DNA of 8,016 nucleotides from a virus (taxonomy: Duplodnaviria; Heunggongvirae; Uroviricota; Caudoviricetes). This document shows positions 1 to 6,408 of this stretch, in pieces. Positions within the stretch are counted from its first letter, which is position 1. The number at the start of each line of letters is the position of its first letter. The stretch is taken from positions 1 through 8,016 of the IMG/VR virus record IMGVR_UViG_3300029181_000038. The stretch is one strand, 5' to 3'. The position numbers were made by a program, and so were the translations under genes. A model generated the notes under the pieces. It was not told the origin of the DNA. It made no database searches and worked only from the letters and a program-made list of their open reading frames with translations.

Positions 1-1093
1 TTGAGTCGATACCGATGTATGTCACGTTGTACTGTTCGGTCAGTTTTTTGATGGCGTCAGCCTGGGCGCGGAAGTCCATCCCGCGCCACTGGTGACGTTC
101 AAGAATGCGAAACTTACCGCCTGGCACGGCTGGCGGTGCCACCACCACGCATCCGGCGCTGTCGCCGTTCTGCGTACCTTTTGCCGGGTCATAACCGATC
201 CACACTTCGCGCCAGCCAAACGGGCGCAGGGCCAGTGCATGAAAGTCGCTCCAGACTTCCCAACTGTCCACCATGCACGCCTGCAGCTCGCTGAGCGGGA
301 ACACGGACGCGAGATCGTCCACAAACTCGCACATCAGCAGGTTCTGGTATTCGTCCGGGCTGTACTCCATGCGCAACTGATCGAGGTCGAAAAGGTTACA
401 TCCGCCGCGCACTGCATCTTCCACGGTGACTATCTGGCGGTATTGCCCGTCTGCGCACAGCAGGCCGGGGGCCAGATTGCTGTGGGACAGGTCGATGTCC
501 ACCTTATCGGCTTTGTTGCGCCCACGGTTGAACAGCGCACCAGACCAGAACGGATAAGCACTGTGTGTCAGGCTGGATGGCGTGGAAAAATAGGTTTGTC
601 GCCATTTTTTGTGAATAGCCATACCGGAAGCCACTTTGCGCAGCTCCTGGAATTTCGGTATCCAGAAATATTCATCCAGATACAGGTTGCCGTGATAACT
701 CTGGGCAGTGCGGGCATTGGTGCCGAGGAAGTAAAGCGTGGCCCCGTTAGGAAGCACCATCGGATCGCCTTTCAGCTCCACCTCGACTTCTTTGGCGAAG
801 TCGATGATGTATTGCTTAAAGACGTGAGCCTGTGCCTTACTGGCAGAAAGGAAAATCTGGTTACGTCCGGTAAGCAGGGCGTCAATCAGGGCTTCACGGG
901 CAAAGTAAAAGGTCGCGCCGATCTGGCGTGACTTCAGCAGATTACGGATGCGGTTGGTTTTTCCAGCTTCCCACCAGTGGCGCTGGTAGTTGAACATGGA
1001 GGAATGGAAGATTTCTTCCAGCTTCTCAATCTGTTCATCGGTGAAAACATTCTTTTCCGGCTGACGGCGCGGCCCTTTGTTGCGGTTCCTGCC
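1..1093 (-). pseudogene. P: Phage terminase large (ATPase) subunit, P2 gpP-like; 3' end runs off the left window edge; 5' end appears truncated (no in-frame start between the stop at 1094-1096 and the first ATG at 997-995)
   Basis: Minus-strand frame (codons at 2-4, 5-7, ...) is open across the whole region and translates to ...QPEKNVFTDEQIEKLEEIFHSSMFNYQRHWWEAGKTNRIRNLLKSRQIGATFYFAREALIDALLTGRNQIFLSASKAQAHVFKQYIIDFAKEVEVELKGDPMVLPNGATLYFLGTNARTAQSYHGNLYLDEYFWIP..., which reads as a terminase ATPase domain. It is not in the ORF track because it has no stop inside the window. The listed + ORF 92-931 is its antisense. Whether the gene is truly truncated or simply starts at Met997 is uncertain. 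Confidence 0.6.
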
Positions 1094-1565
1094 TTATCTC
1101 GCCTGGGCGTTCTCTGTGGATCGCTGGGACGAGAGCTGGACAGAAAGCGTCAAGCGCCAGGTGGTGAAGGATGCTTTTTATATTCATCAGCATAAAGGGA
1201 CCACCAGTGCCGTGCGGCGGGTGGTGGAGCCGTTCGGCTTTCTGATCCGCATTATTGAGTGGTGGCAGACCGGAGAGGCACCGGGCACGTTTCGCCTGGA
1301 TATCGGCGTGCAGGACCAGGGCATTACTGAAGATACCTATCTGGAACTTGAGCGACTGATAAGCGATGCCAAACCATGTAGCCGCCACATGATCGGCATG
1401 TCCATCAATCTGCAGACCAGCGGCCCGCATTGGGTGGGAGCCGCCAGCTATCTTGGCGAAGAAATCACGATCTATCCGTATATCAACGAAACGATTATTT
1501 CCGGTGGCACCGCGCATGAAGGCGGGGCGGTCCATGTTATTGACACAATGAGAGTGAATCCATGA
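1077..1565 (+). CDS. I: Baseplate assembly protein, P2 gpI-like, probably N-terminally truncated (frame opens at 1065; only a TTG start at 1077)
   Basis: Translation MLRFLPYLAWAFSVDRWDESWTESVKRQVVKDAFYIHQHKGTTSAVRRVVEPFGFLIRIIEWWQTGEAPGTFRLDIGV... matches the P2 tail protein I family as I remember it. Its stop overlaps the H start (ATGA at 1562-1565), the usual gene order upstream of tail fiber H. Confidence 0.65.
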   Translation: MLRFLPYLAWAFSVDRWDESWTESVKRQVVKDAFYIHQHKGTTSAVRRVVEPFGFLIRIIEWWQTGEAPGTFRLDIGVQDQGITEDTYLELERLISDAKPCSRHMIGMSINLQTSGPHWVGAASYLGEEITIYPYINETIISGGTAHEGGAVHVIDTMRVNP

Positions 1566-2983
1566 GCACAAAATTTTATACCCTGCTGACGGATATTGGC
1601 GCGGCGAAACTTGCCAGCGCCGCCGCGCTCGGTGTGCCGCTAAAAATTACCCATATGGCGGTGGGCGATGGCGGCGGAGCATTGCCGACGCCGGACGCAA
1701 AGCAGACGGCACTGGTAAATGAGAAACGCCGGGCTGCGCTGAATATGCTCTATATCGACCCGCAGAACAGCAGCCAGATTATTGCTGAACAGGTGATCCC
1801 TGAAAACGAGGGCGGTTGGTGGATACGTGAAGTGGGCCTGTTTGATGAGTCAGGGGCATTGATTGCCGTGGGGAACTGCCCGGAAAGCTATAAACCGCAA
1901 CTGGCTGAAGGCAGCGGGCGTACCCAGACCGTGCGCATGGTGCTGATTACCAGCAGCACGGACAATATCACCCTGAAAATCGACCCTGCCGTAGTGCTGG
2001 CAACCCGCAAGTATGTGGATGACAAGGTACTGGAGCTGAAGGTGTACGTGGATGATCAGATGGCAAAACATCTTGCCGCACCGGACCCGCATTCACAGTA
2101 TGCACAGAAAGAAAGTCCGACGTTTACCGGGACACCAAAAGCGCCAACGCCAGCGGCAGGGAATAACACCACGCAGGTTGCGACCACCGCGTTTGTTCAG
2201 GCGGCACTGACGGCCCTTATTAATGGTGCTCCAGCCACGCTGGACACGCTAAAAGAAATAGCCGCAGCCATTAACAATGATCCGAATTTCAGTACCACCA
2301 TTAACAATGCGCTGGCACTGAAAGCGCCGTTGTCGAGTCCGGCACTCACCGGAACGCCAACAGCACCTACTGCGGCACAGTCGGTCAACAATACACAGAT
2401 TGCCACTACGGCTTTTGTGAAATCGGCGATTGCGGCAATGGTAGGTTCTGCACCTGCGGCACTGGATACACTGAACGAACTGGCGGCGGCGCTGGGGAAT
2501 GACCCAAACTTTGCCACGACAATGCTTAATGCACTGGCAGGTAAACAACCGCTGGACAATACGCTGACTAATTTGAGTGGAAAGGATGTAGCTGGTCTTC
2601 TCACATACCTTGGTTTGGGAGAAGCGGCAAAACGGGATGTGGGGACAGGGGAAAATCAGATACCGGATATCTCCAACGTTCCATTTACAAAAAACAATCC
2701 TCTTAATTTTGAGTTACCAGGAGGATTAATTCTGAAAGCCGGGTATGGAAAGCTGACAACGCAGTCCAGTATCTGGATTAATTTCCCTGCAGCATTCCCT
2801 AATGACTGTATTGCCGGAGGAGCTTTAAGTGCGGAAGAGAACACAAATGACTATGTATTTGCTCAAACTACATCACGCAAAGCAGGAGGATTAACTCTGG
2901 CGTTTTATCGTGGGGGCATTAGTCAGCCACCAACAGCCAATTCCAGAGAACTTTCTTTCTCGTGGTTTGCGATAGGATATTAG
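1562..2983 (+). CDS. H: Tail fiber protein, P2 gpH-like; constant N-terminal part (to ~2610) fused to variable C-terminal cassette Hv (2611-2983) in the current orientation
   Basis: 473-aa ORF; N-terminus MSTKFYTLLTDIGAAKLASAAALGVPLKITHMAVGDGGG... is the conserved P2-family tail-fiber N-terminal domain; internal tandem fibre repeats; translationally coupled to upstream I (ATGA) and downstream tfa. Confidence 0.92.
   Translation: MSTKFYTLLTDIGAAKLASAAALGVPLKITHMAVGDGGGALPTPDAKQTALVNEKRRAALNMLYIDPQNSSQIIAEQVIPENEGGWWIREVGLFDESGALIAVGNCPESYKPQLAEGSGRTQTVRMVLITSSTDNITLKIDPAVVLATRKYVDDKVLELKVYVDDQMAKHLAAPDPHSQYAQKESPTFTGTPKAPTPAAGNNTTQVATTAFVQAALTALINGAPATLDTLKEIAAAINNDPNFSTTINNALALKAPLSSPALTGTPTAPTAAQSVNNTQIATTAFVKSAIAAMVGSAPAALDTLNELAAALGNDPNFATTMLNALAGKQPLDNTLTNLSGKDVAGLLTYLGLGEAAKRDVGTGENQIPDISNVPFTKNNPLNFELPGGLILKAGYGKLTTQSSIWINFPAAFPNDCIAGGALSAEENTNDYVFAQTTSRKAGGLTLAFYRGGISQPPTANSRELSFSWFAIGY
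2598..2623. repeat. Left crossover site of invertible segment (gix/cix/hix-like 12-2-12 site) located inside gene H
   Basis: ttctcacatacc-tt-ggtttgggagaa. Its reverse complement ttctcccaaaccaaggtatgtgagaa is identical to the right site at 4437-4462 over the first 14 nt; the exact inverted repeat is 15 nt (2610-2624 vs 4436-4450). Half-sites fit the TTCTC..AAACC pattern of Gin-family recombination sites. Confidence 0.8.
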
Positions 2984-2984
2984 A

Positions 2985-3425
2985 ATGAGAATTTTTTTCA
3001 GTGCATCAACATTGTGGTTTTATGATGAAACTCGCAAAGAAGAATATCACAACGGTATTGGATGGCCAGATGATGCTATCGAAATATCAGATGATGAATG
3101 GAATAAATATACGCAAATTCCTCCTGATGGTTTTATATTAGGTGCCACCTCTCAGGGAAGACCTGCATGGATATTAATATCTCCGCCAGATAAAAAAATG
3201 GTTATGGATATTGCTGAAACTAAAAAACAGCAGTTAATTAGCCAGGCCAATGAATACATGAACAGTAAACAATGGCCCGGTAAAGCCGCTATTGGTCGTC
3301 TGAAAGGCGAGGAACTGGCGCAATATAATTTGTGGCTGGATTACCTGGACGCACTGGAGCTGGTTGATACCTCCAGTGCTCCAGATATTGAATGGCCTAC
3401 GTCTCCGGCAGTTCAGGCCAGATGA
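2985..3425 (+). CDS. G: Tail fiber assembly chaperone (Tfa, P2 gpG / Mu U-like), partner of the currently expressed Hv cassette
   Basis: 146-aa ORF starting 1 nt after the H stop (tag-a-atg) with AGGA 7 nt upstream; C-terminal motif LDYLDALELVDTSSAPDIEWPTSP is typical of Tfa-family chaperones. Confidence 0.85.
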   Translation: MRIFFSASTLWFYDETRKEEYHNGIGWPDDAIEISDDEWNKYTQIPPDGFILGATSQGRPAWILISPPDKKMVMDIAETKKQQLISQANEYMNSKQWPGKAAIGRLKGEELAQYNLWLDYLDALELVDTSSAPDIEWPTSPAVQAR

Positions 3426-3999
3426 CATCCGGCGCTGTGCTGGTATCTGTTGCCGTCACCGCGTCAATGTAATCCAGCACAGCGTTAAGCCGGGTTGTTT
3501 CTGCCTGCGTCAGTTTACGTCCGGCCTGCAATTTCAACTGAATCAGACTGACGGAAGCCATTGCTGCATCAATTAGTGGCTGGCGCAGTGCTTCTGCCGC
3601 GTCTACTGCGGCATTATGCTGTGCCTCAGTATCTGTCACCCATTTCTCACCATCCCATTCATCGTATGGCGTTAACGGAGCGATAGTGGTCGTATTTTCA
3701 TGATAATCACCCGGACCTGTGATTTCTTTCGATTCTCCTGTTTCGGTGCTATAAACGATTTCACCGCGATGGTCTGGCACATATTCCCATGAGTTTAAAT
3801 CCATCGAACGGCAGATAGCATAACCCGCCTTATGTGTGCCAGGGGCATCTAAACAGGAATATGCAGGGATACCGACACCAATGGCAAGATATTCATTTGA
3901 AGTGGAAATATATTCCCGAGTTTCACCATCATAGTTATAGACGGTAATATTCCCCGCCTTCGTGGCAATAAGCTCGCTATTTAATACGGCGTTATCCAT
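3397..3999 (-). CDS. Alternative tail fiber assembly chaperone (tfa'), partner of the silent Hv' cassette
   Basis: 200-aa minus-strand ORF; C-terminal motif LDYIDAVTATDTSTAPDVIWPELPE parallels that of tfa; its ATG overlaps the Hv' stop (TAATG on the minus strand at 4001-3997); 3' end overlaps tfa convergently. Confidence 0.85.
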   Translation of the reverse strand: MDNAVLNSELIATKAGNITVYNYDGETREYISTSNEYLAIGVGIPAYSCLDAPGTHKAGYAICRSMDLNSWEYVPDHRGEIVYSTETGESKEITGPGDYHENTTTIAPLTPYDEWDGEKWVTDTEAQHNAAVDAAEALRQPLIDAAMASVSLIQLKLQAGRKLTQAETTRLNAVLDYIDAVTATDTSTAPDVIWPELPET

Positions 4000-4449
4000 T
4001 ATGCAGCCCTCACGATATAGTTAAATGCAATATTTCGTGGACGGGTTTCACTCCCGCCGGGGAGCTGAAAAGCGTTGATAATCCCACCGCTTGCCTGACT
4101 TATTCCATCCGTGTACAACCCGCCACCGGCACTGTCGCTGAGTGCAAATGTTTTTGATGGTGAACTGTTTGAAGCTGGCCCCCAGTATTTTAATGCGAGC
4201 TTTCTGACTTCATCACTCTGAATACTCAATAAAGCACGCCCTGTATCAATGCCGCGCCCATCATCCCAGCCACGAATAAACTCACCACGTAAATCAGGCA
4301 ATTTATTTGTCGGATAAGCCTTTGCCAGTTCCGGGTATTCTTCAGCAGAAAAAGCTGCACCGTTGCATTTCAGCCAGCCTGTCGGCGGAGTGGCTGAAGG
4401 CCATGGAACAGGGACACCAACAGGTAATGCCGAACCTTCTCCCAAACCA
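3999..4449 (-). CDS. Silent alternative tail-fiber C-terminal cassette (Hv'); no start or promoter of its own; would be fused in frame to the H constant region after inversion
   Basis: Minus-strand frame reads ...VGLGEGSALPVGVPVPWPSATPPTGWLKCNGAAFSAEEYPELAKAYPTNKLPDLRGEFIRGWDDGRGIDTGRALLSIQSDEV...NIAFNYIVRAA, which looks like a side-tail-fibre receptor-binding C-terminus. The GLGE codons sit on the crossover repeat in the same codon phase as LGLGE of H (2609-2623). The ORF-track start MMPVARYL at 4490 lies on or beyond the crossover site and is probably not used. Confidence 0.8.
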
Positions 4450-4462
4450 ACGTTTATGAAAA
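4437..4462. repeat. Right crossover site of invertible segment (gix/cix/hix-like), ~55 bp upstream of the invertase gene
   Basis: ttctcccaaacc-aa-cgtttatgaaaa; inverted copy of the site at 2598-2623; imperfectly palindromic around a central AA dinucleotide. Confidence 0.8.
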
Positions 4463-4517
4463 TGCAGAGATAACGGGCAACTGGCATCATCTCCGGTTTT
4501 TATTCAGGGGGATGCTC

Positions 4518-5084
4518 ATGCTTATTGGCTATGTACGCGTGTCAACAAATGACCAGAACACGGAATTGCAGCGTAACGCGCTGGAGTGCGCAGGATGCGA
4601 GCGGATTTTTGAGGATAAAATCAGCGGCACGAAGTCCGACCGACCGGGACTGAAAAAACTGCTCAGAACACTATCGGCAGGAGACACGCTGGTTGTCTGG
4701 AAGCTGGACAGGTTGGGGCGCAGTATGCGGCATCTTGTTACGCTGATAGAAGAGTTGCGCCAGCGTGGCGTGAATTTCCGAAGCCTGACTGACAGTATTG
4801 ATACCAGTACCCCAATGGGCCGTTTCTTTTTTCATGTCATGGGTGCCCTGGCTGAAATGGAACGCGAACTGATAGTTGAACGTACCAGGGCAGGGCTGGC
4901 TGCAGCTCGTGTTAAAGGCAGAGTAGGTGGACGCCGTCCTAAGTTGACCAGCGAACAGTGGGCACAGATTGGGCGTTTACTCGAGGCCGGAGAATCAAGA
5001 CAGCGTATTGCACTGATTTTTGATGTAGGCGTTTCTACCATTTATCGAAAATTTCCGGCAAATAAGAGCAATGAATCTCCCTGA
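4518..5084 (+). CDS. Site-specific DNA invertase, serine recombinase of the Gin/Pin/Cin/Hin family
   Basis: MLIGYVRVSTNDQNTELQRNALECAGCERIFEDKISGTKSDRPGLKKLLRTLSAGDTLVVWKLDRLGRSMRHLV...GRFFFHVMGALAEMERELIVERT...GGRRPKLT... with a C-terminal HTH (VGVSTIYRKF); catalytic Ser in the YVRVSTNDQ motif. Start chosen at ATG 4518 (AGGGGG at 4505-4510, 7-nt spacing) rather than the in-frame ATG at 4512, which sits too close to the SD. Confidence 0.93.
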   Translation: MLIGYVRVSTNDQNTELQRNALECAGCERIFEDKISGTKSDRPGLKKLLRTLSAGDTLVVWKLDRLGRSMRHLVTLIEELRQRGVNFRSLTDSIDTSTPMGRFFFHVMGALAEMERELIVERTRAGLAAARVKGRVGGRRPKLTSEQWAQIGRLLEAGESRQRIALIFDVGVSTIYRKFPANKSNESP

Positions 5085-5132
5085 CTCAGCTTTATTTTGA
5101 TTATCCCTGAAAGCAGACAAATACCGTCATTT

Positions 5133-5150
5133 TGTGTGAATAACGGTACA
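5133..5150 (+). promoter_or_regulatory. P2-type late promoter activator element (TGT-N12-ACA, Ogr/Delta-family binding site) upstream of FI
   Basis: tgt-gtgaataacggt-aca in the 142-bp FI upstream region, centred ~85 bp before the FI ATG; consistent with a -55-centred Ogr site and a ~30-nt leader. No strong -35 is visible, as expected for activator-dependent late promoters. Exact -10 not assigned. Confidence 0.5.
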
Positions 5151-5226
5151 ACTGCGCTTAGCTGTTTGTCAGGCACAATCACTTCAACATAGGGCGAAGC
5201 CTAATCCAATCAGGAGGTTCGCCACT

Positions 5227-6399
5227 ATGGCTCAGGATTACCACCACGGGGTGCGCGTTGTTGAAGTCAACGAAGGCACTCGATCCATTACTACGGTGAG
5301 CACCGCCATCGTGGGCATGGTCTGCACGGGCGATGATGCCGATGCAAAAATGTTCCCTCTTAATAAACCCGTGCTGATCACTGATGTGCTTACTGCCAGC
5401 GGTAAAGCGGGTGAGTCCGGTACGCTGGCCCGTTCGCTGGATGCCATCGCTGACCAGGCAAAACCCGTGACCGTTGTTGTGCGTGTGCCGCAGGGTGAAA
5501 CGGAAGACGAAACCACGACCAATATCATCGGCGCAGTGACTGCTGAAGGTAAAAAAACAGGTATGAAAGCCCTGTTATCTGCCCAGTCACAGCTCGGCGT
5601 TAAACCGCGCATTCTCGGCGTGCCAGGCCACGACACCAAGGCGGTAGCTACTGAGTTGCTGAGCATGGCGCAAAGCCTGCGTGGATTTGCTTACCTGTCA
5701 GCATATGGCTGCAAGACGGTACAGGAGGCGATCACTTACCGTGAAAACTTTAGCCAGCGCGAAGGGATGCTGATCTGGCCTGACTTTACTGGCTGGGACA
5801 CTGTGCTGAATGCCGAAGCAACGGCATATGCCACCGCCCGTGCGCTTGGTCTGCGCGCCAAAATTGACGAGCAAACCGGATGGCACAAAAGCCTGTCCAA
5901 CGTGGGCGTGAACGGTGTCACCGGAATTTCTGCAGATGTGTTCTGGGATCTGCAGGACCCGGCAACCGATGCAGGTCTGCTGAACCAGAACGACGTCACC
6001 ACGCTTGTGCGCAAGGATGGTTTTCGCTTCTGGGGTTCCCGCTGTCTGAGCGATGATCCGCTCTTTGCCTTCGAAAACTACACCCGCACGGCGCAGGTGC
6101 TGATGGACACGATGGCAGAAGCGCACATGTGGGCGGTGGACAAACCGCTGAACCAGTCGCTGGCCCGCGACATTATCGAAGGTATCCGCGCCAAAATGCG
6201 CAGCCTGGTCAGTCAGGGCTATCTCATTGGTGGTGATTGCTGGCTGGACGAGTCGGTGAACGATAAAGACACGCTGAAAGCCGGGAAGCTCACCATCGAC
6301 TACGACTACACGCCAGTGCCGCCACTTGAAAATCTGATGCTGCGCCAGCGCATCACCGATCAGTATCTGGTGAATTTTGCCAGCCAGGTCAGCGCGTAA
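5227..6399 (+). CDS. FI: Contractile tail sheath protein, P2 gpFI-like
   Basis: 390-aa ORF; [40 protein letters not shown]...[19 protein letters not shown]...[24 protein letters not shown] closely matches the P2 sheath protein as I remember it; RBS CAGGAGG at 5211-5217. Confidence 0.93.
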   Translation: MAQDYHHGVRVVEVNEGTRSITTVSTAIVGMVCTGDDADAKMFPLNKPVLITDVLTASGKAGESGTLARSLDAIADQAKPVTVVVRVPQGETEDETTTNIIGAVTAEGKKTGMKALLSAQSQLGVKPRILGVPGHDTKAVATELLSMAQSLRGFAYLSAYGCKTVQEAITYRENFSQREGMLIWPDFTGWDTVLNAEATAYATARALGLRAKIDEQTGWHKSLSNVGVNGVTGISADVFWDLQDPATDAGLLNQNDVTTLVRKDGFRFWGSRCLSDDPLFAFENYTRTAQVLMDTMAEAHMWAVDKPLNQSLARDIIEGIRAKMRSLVSQGYLIGGDCWLDESVNDKDTLKAGKLTIDYDYTPVPPLENLMLRQRITDQYLVNFASQVSA

Positions 6400-6408
6400 G
6401 GGGACAAC

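Larger units (their letters stand above)
2611..4449. other. Invertible DNA segment (G-segment-like host-range switch) carrying Hv, tfa, tfa' and Hv'
   Basis: Bounded by inverted 26-bp sites; contains two convergent sets of tail-fiber C-terminus plus tail-fiber assembly gene; a serine invertase gene lies immediately outside the right boundary. Same architecture as Mu S-U-U'-S'-gin. Confidence 0.8.

Noticed and set aside
92-931. 279-aa plus-strand ORF (and the 94-aa minus ORF at 40-324)
   Set aside because: The translation is Cys/His/Arg/Trp-rich and not protein-like, whereas the opposite strand in another frame reads as a clean terminase ATPase domain. These are antisense or out-of-frame shadows of the gpP-like gene.
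977-1195. 72-aa plus-strand ORF spanning the P/I junction
   Set aside because: Out of frame with the gpI-like sequence and overlapping two better-supported frames; no RBS; composition not protein-like.
1035-1571. 178-aa minus-strand ORF
   Set aside because: Antisense to the gpI-like gene; no recognisable similarity, and the plus-strand frame has the P2 tail protein I motifs.
2197-2604. Two minus-strand ORFs (135 aa and 99 aa) inside H
   Set aside because: Ala/Ser-rich and Cys/Arg-rich shadow ORFs on the antisense of the repeat region of H; typical artefacts of a repetitive coding region.
3364-3576. 70-aa plus-strand ORF
   Set aside because: Lies antisense to tfa' across the tfa/tfa' overlap; Cys-rich, no RBS.
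2611-4449. Multi-site shufflon (more than two crossover sites)
   Set aside because: A scan of the segment for additional TTCTC..AAACC-type sites found none; only a two-site, biphasic switch is supported.
4450-4490. The MMPVARYL N-terminus of the ORF-track call 3999-4490
   Set aside because: This stretch lies on and beyond the right crossover site and has no RBS. The cassette is read in frame from the H constant region after inversion, so an independent start here is unlikely.
4512-4517. Upstream in-frame ATG for the invertase (MLMLIGY...)
   Set aside because: It is only 1-2 nt from the AGGGGG Shine-Dalgarno, and Gin/Pin/Hin-family proteins begin M-L-I-G-Y; the ATG at 4518 is the better start. 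The difference is two codons.
4518-5084. Interpretation of the serine recombinase as a transposon resolvase (Tn3 TnpR-type)
   Set aside because: No transposase or terminal inverted repeats nearby; instead it is flanked by inverted gix-like sites around tail-fibre cassettes, and its size (~188 aa) and N-terminus match the invertase subfamily.
5081-5098. Possible intrinsic terminator after the invertase gene (T-rich tract ctttatttt)
   Set aside because: The preceding stem is only about 4 bp (ctga/tcag), too weak to call a rho-independent terminator.
5238-6126. Minus-strand ORFs of 142, 142 and 92 aa inside FI
   Set aside because: Antisense to a confidently identified sheath gene; low-complexity Ser/Thr/Ala/Arg-rich translations.
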